DNA of 64,000 nucleotides. It comes from an uncultured Leptospirales bacterium (GTDB taxonomy: Bacteria; Spirochaetota; UBA4802; UBA5550). The DNA is taken from the NCBI GenBank assembly GCA_964512685.1, contig CAZEJW010000004.1:3398-67397 (forward strand), read 5' to 3'. Made by a program: the position numbers and the translations under genes. The notes below the pieces were generated by a model. That model was not told the DNA's origin. It saw nothing but the letters and a program-made list of their open reading frames with translations, and ran no database searches. Each line of letters starts with the position of its first letter. Within the stretch, counting starts at the first letter, position 1. This document shows, in pieces, positions 1-9,508 of the stretch.

Positions 1-2522
1 CTGTAGATCTGGCAATGATGGGACTTCCAATTGCTCCTGGATTCATTATCGATTCAGAACTGACCAGGAAATTGCCAAATATAAATCTCAAGGAAATTCT
101 GAAAACACATATAAGGAATCTTGAAAAAGATACTGGAAAAAAATTTGGTGATCCTGAAAAACCCCTTATGTTGAAAGTTGTATTGAGCTCTGATCTCAAT
201 GTGCCATATTTCCCCTCAATCCATAATATTGGAATGAATGATGAAACGGTTAAGGGTTTTGGTGCTTTTACAGGAGATGATTTTGCATATGGTGAATTTC
301 TTTTTTTACTGAGGAATCTGGGTAAAACTATCTATGAAATATCCGATGAAGAAAGAGCAGAAATTGAGGGCAAAATTCCACAGAAACCAAAAATTGCAGA
401 TCTCAAGAAGGCAATTGAAAAATATGAAAAATATTATGGTGATAATTTCAGTCAGGATGTTTTTGATCAGCTGATAGCTATCCTTAAAGGTGCGGCCTCT
501 GTCTATTGTGATTCCGAGATAGATGTTGATAATAGCCTGTCAATAATGGTTCAGGCAATGGTTTATGGAAATTTTGGGCAAAATTCATTTGCCGGAAATT
601 ATTACACCAGGAATATAATTACTGGTGATGATGAAATTCAGGGAGATTTTCTTCAAAATGAATTTGATTTTGGCAAGGGAAAGGCCAAGCCAATAAATAA
701 GATTAATAAAGAAAACTATGAAAAATTTACTGAAATTGCACGAAATATCGAAGATAATTTCCGGGAGATCCGTGATATAAAATTTACAATTGAAGAGGGT
801 GATTTTTGGCTGGTTGAACAAAGAGAGGTGGATGATAAATCAACTCAATCTCAGGTAAAAACACTACTTGATCTCTATAAAAGAAAAAAAATCAGCGGTG
901 AATATCTCATTCAGTCAATCAAGCCAAATCAGCTCAATGAGCTGCTTCATCCTGTAATAGATCCAAGGACTATAAAAACAATAAAGAAGATACAGGGCGG
1001 TATTGCCGGATCAACAGGAGCTGCGATAGGAAGGGTTTTCTTTTCGACACCAAGAGTACTCGAGGAGTATAAAAGGGCAATCATGCATGGGGGTGATACT
1101 AATCTTATTCTTGTTCTGCCGGCATCCTATGCAGAAGACGTTAAGGCGATTGAAGTTGCAAAGGGAGTTATCACTTCAGAGGGTGGATTTTCATCTCACG
1201 CACCAGTAGTTGCCAGAAGTCTTGGAAAGGTAGCAATGGTTCAGCCTGAACTGAAAGTAAAAGGGAATTCTTTTACTCTGGATGGTAAAACAGTCAAAGA
1301 GGGGGATTATGTATCACTCAATGTTCCATATTATGAAGATCCGACCCTTTATCTTGGTAAGGTTGGTCTAATTGAACCTGATTTCAAAAACAATGGTCTG
1401 TTTGATTTTCTTGAAATAGCTGAAAATTATATCAATGATTTCAATGTAAGGGCAAATGCAGATCAGGGCAGAGATGCTCTGGTGGCTAAAGAATTTAAAG
1501 CAAAAGGAATTGGCCTTTGCAGAACAGAGCACATGTTTTTCAATGAAAAGCGAATCATGAAGTTCAGAGAGATGATCATCGCTGGAAACGAACAGGAAAG
1601 AAGAAAGGCTCTGGAATCATTGAGGCCAATGCAGAGATCTGATTTCTACGATTTGTTTAAAACAATGGAAGGCCAGCCGGTAACAATAAGGCTTCTGGAT
1701 GCTCCTCTTCATGAATTTTTACCCAGAACCCAGGAAAGTATGACAGAGTTTATTAAATATCTTCAGACGAAAAAGAAGAGTATTAAAGCTGCTGAAATAA
1801 AAGTTAGATGTGATGACCTTGCAGAAATGAATCCTATGCTTGGACACAGAGGATGCAGGGTAGGGGTTACATATCCTGAAATTTATGAAATGCAGTGCAG
1901 GGCCATTTTTGAGGCTGTCTGTATGCTTAAAAAAGAAGGAGTCAATGTTAGTCCTGAGATAATGATACCGATTGTCATGAGCGCTCAGGAAGTCAAGTTT
2001 CTAAGAAACGGGAAGAAGATTGAGGGTACAGAGGTTAAAGGTATCAGAGATATCAAGGATGAAGTAATTGATGAATATGGTATTGATGACATCAGTTATT
2101 CTGTAGGTACAATGATTGAACTTCCGGCAGCGGCAATTGGCGCGGGAAAAATTGCTCAATATGCGGATTTTTTCAGTTTTGGAACAAATGACCTGACTCA
2201 GACTACATATGGTCTTTCCCGGGATGACTCAAGTTCATTTTTCCCGGATTATTCATTGTTTGATTTAATGAAAGGTAATCCTTTTAAAAACCTTGGAGAC
2301 GAGGTCAAGGAATTGATCGGAGTGGCAGCTTTAAGAGGACGATTAACCAGGCCTGATATTAAACTTGGTCTTTGCGGTGAACATGGAGCAAATCCTGAAA
2401 ACATTGAATTCTGCATGGAAGCTGGACTGAATTATGTTTCTTGTTCTCCGTATTCGATTCCACTTGCTAAACTCGCTATAGCACAGATAAATATCAATAA
2501 TAAAGAAGAAGAGGAAGAATAG
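1..2522 (+). CDS. ppdK: pyruvate, phosphate dikinase (5' end cut by window edge)
   Basis: 835-aa ORF whose frame stays open back to nt 3. Motifs seen: 'GLPIAPGF' (N-terminal ATP-grasp), phospho-His loop 'GGFSSHAPVVARSLGK', PEP-utiliser C-terminus 'GLCRTEHMFF', 'FFSFGTNDLTQ', 'LCGEHG'. TAG stop. Confidence 0.94.
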   Translation, partial: VDLAMMGLPIAPGFIIDSELTRKLPNINLKEILKTHIRNLEKDTGKKFGDPEKPLMLKVVLSSDLNVPYFPSIHNIGMNDETVKGFGAFTGDDFAYGEFLFLLRNLGKTIYEISDEERAEIEGKIPQKPKIADLKKAIEKYEKYYGDNFSQDVFDQLIAILKGAASVYCDSEIDVDNSLSIMVQAMVYGNFGQNSFAGNYYTRNIITGDDEIQGDFLQNEFDFGKGKAKPINKINKENYEKFTEIARNIEDNFREIRDIKFTIEEGDFWLVEQREVDDKSTQSQVKTLLDLYKRKKISGEYLIQSIKPNQLNELLHPVIDPRTIKTIKKIQGGIAGSTGAAIGRVFFSTPRVLEEYKRAIMHGGDTNLILVLPASYAEDVKAIEVAKGVITSEGGFSSHAPVVARSLGKVAMVQPELKVKGNSFTLDGKTVKEGDYVSLNVPYYEDPTLYLGKVGLIEPDFKNNGLFDFLEIAENYINDFNVRANADQGRDALVAKEFKAKGIGLCRTEHMFFNEKRIMKFREMIIAGNEQERRKALESLRPMQRSDFYDLFKTMEGQPVTIRLLDAPLHEFLPRTQESMTEFIKYLQTKKKSIKAAEIKVRCDDLAEMNPMLGHRGCRVGVTYPEIYEMQCRAIFEAVCMLKKEGVNVSPEIMIPIVMSAQEVKFLRNGKKIEGTEVKGIRDIKDEVIDEYGIDDISYSVGTMIELPAAAIGAGKIAQYADFFSFGTNDLTQTTYGLSRDDSSSFFPDYSLFDLMKGNPFKNLGDEVKELIGVAALRGRLTRPDIKLGLCGEHGANPENIEFCMEAGLNYVSCSPYSIPLAKLAIAQININNKEEEEE

Positions 2523-2578
2523 AGATAAAGAAATTACGGATTACAGGAAAAGCCTGCACGGATATTTTGTAATTATAA

Positions 2579-2605
2579 GAAGAGGTGGCGAATTGTCACC
2601 TCTTC
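2579..2605. terminator. hairpin between convergent ppdK and pgk (9-bp stem 'gaagaggtg'/'cacctcttc', 9-nt loop)
   Basis: Inverted repeat read directly from the sequence. It lies in the 84-nt gap between the two convergent stop codons, with T-rich sequence downstream on the + strand. Confidence 0.55.
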
Positions 2606-2606
2606 C

Positions 2607-3791
2607 TTATTTATCAAGAGCAGCTATGCCTGGGAGTTCTTTTCCTTCAAGAAGTTCAAGAAAGGCACCTCCGCCTGTTGAAATATATGACATTTTATCA
2701 CCGAATCCTGACAGATTCACAGCAGCAGCTGTGTCTCCACCACCAATCAGACTGAGACAATCAGAGTTTGCAAGAGCCTCAGCCAGCTTGAATGTTCCCC
2801 TGGAAAACGCATTGGTTTCAAAAGCTCCTACAGGGCCATTCCAGATAACAGTTTTGGATTTCCTGATTATTTCAATAAATTTTTCTATGGTTTTTTCTCC
2901 CATGTCAACTCCTGCCATATTCTCAGGTATAGAGTCGATAGTGCAGGTTTCAACAACACTGTCATCATTAAATGCTTTTGCTACAACAAGATCTGAAGGA
3001 AGTATTATTTCAGTATTGAACTTTTCTGCCTCGGCAATTATATCAATTGCAGTATTGATATAATCATCCTCACATACAGATGTTCCTACATTATATCCCT
3101 GTGCTTTGATAAAGGTATTTGCCATTCCTCCGCCAATCAGGAGAAAGTCAATTTTGGGAATTATGTTCACAAGGGCATCAATTTTAGTTGAGACTTTTAT
3201 CCCCCCAATTATTGCAGTTACCGGTCTTTCGGGCGATTGAAGGGCTTTATTGAAAAATTCAATTTCGTTTTTAAGCAAGAAGCCGGCTGCACATAAGTCC
3301 ATATGATCTGTCACTGCGAAGTTTGAAGAATGTGCCCTGTGAGCAGTAGCAAAAGCATCATTGATGAATACGTCTCCAAGAATCGAGATTTTTTTCCCCA
3401 GTTCCTGGTCGTTTTTATTCTCTCCTGGGTAAAATCTAACATTTTCAAGAAGGGCGATTTCTCCCTTTTGCAGTTTATTTACGGCAGCCAGGGCTGGCTC
3501 TCCCAGTTCATCTTCAATAAATTGAACTGATTTGTCAAGCAGCTGAGAAAGTCTCTCTGCTACCGGTTTAAGGCTCTTATTCGCTACAACCTGACCTCTT
3601 GGCCTTCCCAGATGAGAGACAAGGACAAGAGTGCAGCCTCTTTCCAGGCAATAGTTCAAGGTGGGAATCGTTGACTTTATTCTTGTGTCATCCGTGATAT
3701 TCATATCATTATCATATGGAACATTGTAGTCTACTCTGATAATGACACGTTTATCTGTAATATCAATCTGATCAATATATTTAACAGTCAT
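2607..3791 (-). CDS. pgk: phosphoglycerate kinase
   Basis: 394 aa. Motifs 'IIRVDYNVP', 'LVSHLGRPRG', 'IGGGDTAAAV', 'STGGGAFLE'. Confidence 0.96.
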   Translation of the reverse strand: MTVKYIDQIDITDKRVIIRVDYNVPYDNDMNITDDTRIKSTIPTLNYCLERGCTLVLVSHLGRPRGQVVANKSLKPVAERLSQLLDKSVQFIEDELGEPALAAVNKLQKGEIALLENVRFYPGENKNDQELGKKISILGDVFINDAFATAHRAHSSNFAVTDHMDLCAAGFLLKNEIEFFNKALQSPERPVTAIIGGIKVSTKIDALVNIIPKIDFLLIGGGMANTFIKAQGYNVGTSVCEDDYINTAIDIIAEAEKFNTEIILPSDLVVAKAFNDDSVVETCTIDSIPENMAGVDMGEKTIEKFIEIIRKSKTVIWNGPVGAFETNAFSRGTFKLAEALANSDCLSLIGGGDTAAAVNLSGFGDKMSYISTGGGAFLELLEGKELPGIAALDK

Positions 3792-3838
3792 AAAAACACC
3801 TCATAATACTTTAATGGTAATTTATAAAAGGATATATG

Positions 3839-4987
3839 CTATTCGATAAGTTCTTTTTTTGCTTTGCGTATGACGATAAATCTTGATATGACAATCGAAA
3901 CTTCGTAGAGGAACATGAGAGGTACTGCGACAAGTATCTGTGATATTACATCCTGAGGAGTTATAAGTGCAGCGATGATCCATATTATCACCACAGCGTA
4001 TTTTCTTTTCGTGATTAAAAAACGGGGAGTTATAAGGCCAATTTTTGTTAGAATCAGTACAACTATTGGAAGTTCGAAAAGAATACCCATTGCAATACTG
4101 AACATAAATATGAAGCTCATGTAATCATCAGCCCCTATTGTGCTTATCATGTCCGGGGTAATAAACTGCAGAAGCATTTTAATTGCAAACGGAAGCAGGA
4201 GGTAGAAAACAAATGCTATTCCTCCATAGAAAAGAAATATTGAGGCAAAAATGGATATCCTTGCAAATGTTCTGTCTTCAGTATCTATTGCAGGTCTGAT
4301 AAATCTCCAGACCTGAAAAATAATCAGCGGAACTGTTAAAAGCAGTGCAACAACAACAGAAGCTTTCAGTTTGATTATAAAACCACCCGTAATCTTGAAA
4401 ATATTGAGCTGATGTCCGCTTTCCTTGAATGGCTGATTGATAAACTGAACAAGATAATCTGCAAAATAAAATCCAACTACTGAGAATATTATTACAGCAG
4501 ACAAGACAATGAGTATCCTGGATCTGAATTCATCGAGATGGTCAACAACGCTCATTGGCTCATCCCCTCTGTTCAGAGCATCAGGATCAATTTCAACAGT
4601 ATCCGCAGGAAGGTTTTTCTTGTTTTTATCCGGGAGATTTTGTTTTTTTCTTCTGAATAATGATTTTTTTTCTTTTGTTTCTTTTATTTCAATTGGTTTG
4701 CTGATTTCAACGGGAACATTCTTTTCTGAATTATTCTTTTGTTCTACCAGGGACATACTTGTTGGTTTTTTAGTGGCTTTGGTTTTCTTTGCTGTTGTTT
4801 TTTTTGTCGGGGTCTTTTTCGTTGCGGTTTTATTGGTTTTAGTTTTTGCAGTCTTTTTTACAGCTTTTACTTTAGCTGTTTTTTTTGAAGCTGCTTTTGT
4901 TTTTTTAGCAGTTGATTTCTTTTTAACTGCTTTAATTTTTGTGTCTTTTGTGTCTGCCAAAACAATCCCTCCGCTAAATCCCAGCAA
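3839..4987 (-). CDS. tatC: Sec-independent translocase TatC with a Lys/Thr/Ala-rich N-terminal extension
   Basis: The C-terminal ~240 aa is a 6-TM TatC core starting near 'MSVVDHLDEFRSRI' (ATG at 4555). About 135 in-frame upstream codons are of 'KKTAKVKAVKKTAKTKT' type. A GGAGGG SD (4967-4972) sits 6 nt before an in-frame TTG at 4960, which is the likely real start. Confidence 0.85.
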   Translation of the reverse strand: MLGFSGGIVLADTKDTKIKAVKKKSTAKKTKAASKKTAKVKAVKKTAKTKTNKTATKKTPTKKTTAKKTKATKKPTSMSLVEQKNNSEKNVPVEISKPIEIKETKEKKSLFRRKKQNLPDKNKKNLPADTVEIDPDALNRGDEPMSVVDHLDEFRSRILIVLSAVIIFSVVGFYFADYLVQFINQPFKESGHQLNIFKITGGFIIKLKASVVVALLLTVPLIIFQVWRFIRPAIDTEDRTFARISIFASIFLFYGGIAFVFYLLLPFAIKMLLQFITPDMISTIGADDYMSFIFMFSIAMGILFELPIVVLILTKIGLITPRFLITKRKYAVVIIWIIAALITPQDVISQILVAVPLMFLYEVSIVISRFIVIRKAKKELIE

Positions 4988-5242
4988 AAATTTGCTGATC
5001 TCAGGTGATTTGCAATTCGATCTGATAAAATAGTTGGTTTAATATCTGTTTTTTTCTGCTGTTTCTGAAGAATATTCTGAAATTTTTCAAAACAGGGTAG
5101 AGTAATTATAATTTACATCTTCCGATTTCTGAACGTAATAATTGCTATATAACTTTAATAGCAATTATATATTTTTCATTAATTTTATTTTGAATGTCAA
5201 GCTATTTATAGCAAAGTCAGAATGAGAAAATAAAATCGATTA

Positions 5243-5917
5243 TTAGTTTTGTAATTTGCCCTGCTGAGTATAATATTTCCATTCTCCGACCTTTTCATCA
5301 TTATTATACATCCCCTCTGATTCTACCTGTCCATTGTCGTAATAATTTCGCCAGTAGCCGTTTTTTTTACCTGAATTGTATTTACCGATAACCTTTTTCT
5401 TCCCGTTGGGATGGTACAGGTTTATCTGACCGTCTTTATAGTCTTTTTCGTACCAGGAAATTTCAAGCGGCTTACCATCCTCATAATAATGAGTGTATTT
5501 CCCCTGTTTTTTCCCATTTCTATAGTATTGAATTTCTTTAGGGACCCTGTTATCATAGTAGCTGGATTGAGATCCGTTTAATTTTCCATTTTTGTAATTG
5601 AGTTTTTCTTTAACTCTGCCATTCCTGTAGTATTCAGTCCAGTATCCATTTTTTTCCCCATGGATATAACAGCCTTCTTTCTTAAGGTTTTTCCCATCTT
5701 CAAAGAAATATTTCCATTTTCCGTTTTTTTGTGAATTCACAATCTGTCCGGAACATTTAATTTTATTTCCACTCCAGTAGCTTGTGGATTTGCCGTCTTT
5801 TATTGTTATTATTTCGTTTTCTTCGGGTTCGGAAACTTTAACATTTTGTGCAGCATTTGTACAGGATGTGTTCATTATCATAAAAAAGCAGGCAATTGTG
5901 CAGAAGATTTTTTTCAT
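5243..5917 (-). CDS. MORN-repeat (YwqK-like) lipoprotein
   Basis: 224 aa. Signal peptide ending in the lipobox-like 'MNTSC', followed by repeated 'G.W..YY.NG....E..Y.NGK..G' units. Confidence 0.7.
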   Translation of the reverse strand: MKKIFCTIACFFMIMNTSCTNAAQNVKVSEPEENEIITIKDGKSTSYWSGNKIKCSGQIVNSQKNGKWKYFFEDGKNLKKEGCYIHGEKNGYWTEYYRNGRVKEKLNYKNGKLNGSQSSYYDNRVPKEIQYYRNGKKQGKYTHYYEDGKPLEISWYEKDYKDGQINLYHPNGKKKVIGKYNSGKKNGYWRNYYDNGQVESEGMYNNDEKVGEWKYYTQQGKLQN

Positions 5918-6021
5918 TATTTTTTAACTCCATGTATAACCGTTAAGTCATTTTGAATTCAAACCGAAAATATAAACAGGCTATCTTAAGGTCAAATATT
6001 TTTCTTTTCTCAGTGCATCTG

Positions 6022-6029
6022 GCCGATAA
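6022..6029 (+). promoter_or_regulatory. possible sigma-28 (FliA) -10 box 'GCCGATAA' upstream of flgG
   Basis: 8/8 match to the FliA -10 consensus, 87 nt upstream of the flgG ATG. The expected -35 'TAAAGTTT' position matches poorly (about 3/8). Confidence 0.3.
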
Positions 6030-6115
6030 TTGTTGTAACAATCAGTTTTAATTTTCTGTTTCAGTGAAAAACAAATGGTGCGTGAGATTTATAATAACAG
6101 ATGAGGTGACATATT

Positions 6116-6910
6116 ATGATGAGATCACTCTGGACAGCAGCGTCAGGAATGGTTGGACAGCAGTTCAATATAGATACAATTTCGAATAACCTTTCCAATG
6201 TCAATACAACCGGTTTTAAAAAGCAGAGGGCGGAATTCGAAGATCTGCTTTATCAGACAATGCTGATGGCAGGTACACCCGCAACTGAAGTTACCGAGGT
6301 CCCAACCGGTATACAGGTCGGCCATGGAACAAAAGTTTCTGCAACACAGAAGATGTTTCAGCAGGGCAGTTTACAGTCTACAGAGAATAAACTGGATATT
6401 GCACTCGAAGGTGAGGGATTTTTCAAGATTCAGCTTTATGACGGAACTTTTTCATACACAAGAGATGGATCTTTCAAGATTGATTCAAACAGGCAGGTGG
6501 TGAATTCAAATGGTTATCTTTTGGAGCCTCCGCTTGTTCTTCCTGAAAATTTTATTATGAATACTCTTTCAATCAGTCAGGATGGAAGGGTTAATGTCAA
6601 GATAGTTGGTGAAGACGATCCGGTTGAAGTTGGACAATTTGAAATTTACAGGTTTGTTAATCCTGCCGGTCTGAATAGTATTGGTGGTAATCTCTTTAAG
6701 GTTACTCCTGCATCAGGTGAAGAAATCCCGGGCCAGCCCGGTCTCGAGGGAATGGCTAAGCTGCATCAGGGATTCCTTGAGATGTCGAACGTAAAGGTTG
6801 TTGAAGAAATGGTAAATATGATCGTTGCGCAAAGGGCGTATGAGGTGAATTCAAAAGCCATTCAGACATCAGATTCAATGCTTGGAACTGCTATTGGACT
6901 CAAACGATGA
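6116..6910 (+). CDS. flgG: flagellar basal-body distal rod protein FlgG
   Basis: 264 aa. N-terminus 'MMRSLWTAASGM..QQ..IDTISNNLSNVNTTGFK' and C-terminus 'VAQRAYE.NSK.I.T.D.M'. Confidence 0.93.
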   Translation: MMRSLWTAASGMVGQQFNIDTISNNLSNVNTTGFKKQRAEFEDLLYQTMLMAGTPATEVTEVPTGIQVGHGTKVSATQKMFQQGSLQSTENKLDIALEGEGFFKIQLYDGTFSYTRDGSFKIDSNRQVVNSNGYLLEPPLVLPENFIMNTLSISQDGRVNVKIVGEDDPVEVGQFEIYRFVNPAGLNSIGGNLFKVTPASGEEIPGQPGLEGMAKLHQGFLEMSNVKVVEEMVNMIVAQRAYEVNSKAIQTSDSMLGTAIGLKR

Positions 6911-7428
6911 TTAAGAAGTTCAGTTTCATCATTCTGATAATTTTTATTTTTATACCGGTTGCTCTTCTGGCTGGTATAAAATTATATTTGCTGCCTGAGG
7001 TGGTATCTAAGAAAAATCTTTTTCTTTCAGATATTGCAAGATTTGAAAGATTATCAGAAGAAGCTGAGAGAGCAGGGGGATTATTACTCGACGAAAATCT
7101 CAGGCATGATGGATTTATCGATAAAAATGAAATTATTACCCTTTTAAAGAATACCGGATGTGATTCATTTCTTGTATATGGGCATTCCGTGAAAATTATA
7201 AAACAAGCTGTGGGCAGAGATAAGGATATTCCTGTCCATAAGATTTTTGCTGTTAAGGCCGGGGAAGAAGTGATACTGTGTATTCAAAAAAGAAGTATTA
7301 CATTGAGTCTTAGGGCAACCGCTCTGGCTGATGGAGCTGAAGGAGAGATTATCCCTGTGAAACTCAGATCAGGGAAGAAAATCATGGCCAGGGTAAAGGG
7401 AACAGGCAGGTTGATTAAAAACATATGA
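6907..7428 (+). CDS. flgA: flagellar P-ring assembly chaperone FlgA
   Basis: 173 aa. ATGA overlap with flgG, N-terminal TM/signal, and a C-terminal SAF-like 'VKAGEEV...ALADGAEGEIIPVKLRSGKKIMARV'. Confidence 0.8.
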   Translation: MIKKFSFIILIIFIFIPVALLAGIKLYLLPEVVSKKNLFLSDIARFERLSEEAERAGGLLLDENLRHDGFIDKNEIITLLKNTGCDSFLVYGHSVKIIKQAVGRDKDIPVHKIFAVKAGEEVILCIQKRSITLSLRATALADGAEGEIIPVKLRSGKKIMARVKGTGRLIKNI

Positions 7429-8063
7429 AAAAAAAATCTATCTTTAATGTGACTCTATTTGTTTTTTTATCAATATTTTCAGTGAGCCTGGAAGCAAAAA
7501 CACTATGGCAGGATTCAAATCCATATTCGCCGGAGAACAGATTGAATATCGGTGATGTTATACTCGTTGAAATAGATGATTTGTCCAAAATGAAATTTAC
7601 ATTTAAGATCAGGGGTAATAAAAAATCAGAGGTCAATTCAAGTCCGGACATGACAATCACGGGATTTCTTCCTAAGGTGGGCGCAACCAGCAACACAAAC
7701 AGTGACAAAACAATCGATTTTTCACATGACGGAAGATTGAACCTGCTAATGTCTACGAGGATTACCGGTAAGACAGGAAACAAGTTCAATATTACAGGTA
7801 GCCGCACTTATCAGCTTAATGGGCAGTTAAACCGAATAGTCATGACAGGGCTGCTCGACCCTGTTTTTTTAAAGGGACGCAAGATAGAATCACGCTATAT
7901 TTCTGATATAAGAATAAATATACGAAGCACTGAAAGGGAATTTAATCTTAAAAGACAGGCCCTCAAAGGGGATGAAAAAGCTGCAGCCGAACTGACTGAA
8001 CAGGAAAAACAGCAGATTTTAATAGACTATCTTCAAAAAATGCTTGGAGAATTGACCCGATAA
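7425..8063 (+). CDS. flgH: flagellar L-ring protein FlgH
   Basis: 212 aa. ATGA overlap with flgA, signal peptide, 'LWQD...NIGDVILVEI' and an FlgH-like beta-rich body. Confidence 0.85.
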   Translation: MKKKSIFNVTLFVFLSIFSVSLEAKTLWQDSNPYSPENRLNIGDVILVEIDDLSKMKFTFKIRGNKKSEVNSSPDMTITGFLPKVGATSNTNSDKTIDFSHDGRLNLLMSTRITGKTGNKFNITGSRTYQLNGQLNRIVMTGLLDPVFLKGRKIESRYISDIRINIRSTEREFNLKRQALKGDEKAAAELTEQEKQQILIDYLQKMLGELTR

Positions 8064-9061
8064 TGAAGAAAATTCTGATGATAACAATTTCATTTTTTTT
8101 ATTATTCTGTGTGGTGTTATCCGCAGAGATAACAGTCAAACTTGGCGATTTAATATATCTCGAGGGCCAGAAGGATAACCAGATTCTTGGATACGGACTC
8201 GTTGTTGGTCTCGAGGGTACTGGTGATAAAAAATCCGTTTTGACGAATTCGTCTCTTGTAAATTTCTTAAAGAAACTTGGCCTTGATGGCTCACAGATTC
8301 AGTCAAAGAATACTGCTGCTGTACTGATTACAGCAGATCTTCCGGCTTTTGCCAGAATTGGCGACAGGATCAATATAACAGTTTCTTCCATTGGAGATGC
8401 CAAATCACTTGAAGGCGGTATTCTCATTCAGTCTCCATTAAAGGGGGCTGATGATACAATTTATGTTGTTGGTCAGGGAAAACTTTCTTTCCCTGAAACC
8501 GGGGGCCGTGGAAAAGGCGTAAAAACCGTTTCAACCATTCCAATGGGCGGAGTAGTTGAAAAGACGGTTGTTCCGGATTTTATCGGCAGCAGTAAAACTG
8601 TAACCATGGTGATGAAGGATCCTGATTATTCCCTGGCGAACAGGATAATTAAAGGAATAAGCGAGAAGTATCCTGATTCAAAACCGGAACTCCTTCAGGG
8701 GGGCAGAATAAAGGTAGCTCTGGATGAGAAGAAAACTGCTGTCGAGTTTATATCCGGTCTTGAAGAGATTGAAATCAATCCAGCTCTCAAGGCGAGAATA
8801 GTAATAAATGAAAGAGATGGGACCATAGTATCCGGTGGGAATGTCAGGTTGTCAGAAGCGATTGTCAGCAAAGAAGGACTAACTATTGAGATACAGGGAA
8901 CCGATAAAAAGAAGAGTATGGCTCTGCTGAAAGAATCTTCAACAGTGAAGGATCTGGTTGACACACTAAATTCAATCAATGCAACCACAAAGGATATTAT
9001 TGCAGTCCTGAAGGCCCTCAGAGATGCGGGTTCTCTTCATGCTGATCTTATTGTGAGGTAA
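8063..9061 (+). CDS. flgI: flagellar P-ring protein FlgI
   Basis: 332 aa. Signal peptide, 'LGYGLVVGLEGTGD', 'LEGGILIQSPLKGADD', and C-terminus 'LKALRDAGSLHADLIV'. Confidence 0.93.
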   Translation: MKKILMITISFFLLFCVVLSAEITVKLGDLIYLEGQKDNQILGYGLVVGLEGTGDKKSVLTNSSLVNFLKKLGLDGSQIQSKNTAAVLITADLPAFARIGDRINITVSSIGDAKSLEGGILIQSPLKGADDTIYVVGQGKLSFPETGGRGKGVKTVSTIPMGGVVEKTVVPDFIGSSKTVTMVMKDPDYSLANRIIKGISEKYPDSKPELLQGGRIKVALDEKKTAVEFISGLEEIEINPALKARIVINERDGTIVSGGNVRLSEAIVSKEGLTIEIQGTDKKKSMALLKESSTVKDLVDTLNSINATTKDIIAVLKALRDAGSLHADLIVR

Positions 9062-9062
9062 T

Positions 9063-9446
9063 ATGGCTTTTATTGATATGCTTTCAAACACGAAAAATCT
9101 GAGTTCATTGAAAAATGACAGTACCGTTAAAAAGGCCGAGGGCCTGGCTGGTAAAATTTCATTTAACGACACTCTGGAAAAGCACATAAATCCGCTTAAA
9201 ACCGGAAGTAAAATTGAAACGGAGAAAAAGCTCAGGGATGCATGTATCGAAATGGAATCTCTTTTCGTGGGAAAGATGCTGAAAGAGATGAGGAAAACCG
9301 TGCATAAGACAGAATGGCTCAATGGTGGATTTGCTGAAGAGGTGTTTGAAGATATGCTCTATGATGAATATGCTCTGGAAATATCAAAAAATTCAAAGCT
9401 GGGGCTTGCTGATATGCTCTACAATGAAATGAGCAGGAAACTCTGA
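9063..9446 (+). CDS. FlgJ-like rod-binding protein (no muramidase domain)
   Basis: 127 aa, 1 nt after flgI. 'MESLFVGKMLKEMRKT' matches the Rod_binding motif of the FlgJ N-terminus. Confidence 0.72.
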   Translation: MAFIDMLSNTKNLSSLKNDSTVKKAEGLAGKISFNDTLEKHINPLKTGSKIETEKKLRDACIEMESLFVGKMLKEMRKTVHKTEWLNGGFAEEVFEDMLYDEYALEISKNSKLGLADMLYNEMSRKL

Positions 9447-9508
9447 GATTTATTCACTCCACTGTTTTGTTTCAGATTATAAAAAAGGCAACTGTTTATT
9501 TAAAGTGA

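Noticed and set aside
4509-5033. 174-aa + strand ORF antisense to tatC
   Set aside because: It is the mirror image of the Lys-rich (AAA/AAG) coding tract, giving a Phe/Leu-rich low-complexity translation, with no SD. It is a typical antisense shadow ORF. The same applies to 15125-15520, 15213-15407 and 15623-15916 opposite the KE-rich coiled coil.
6060-6115. Sigma-54 promoter (TGGCAC-N5-TTGC) upstream of flgG at 'tggtgcgtgagatttat'
   Set aside because: Only the GG of the -24 element matches, and the -12 GC is absent at the required spacing.
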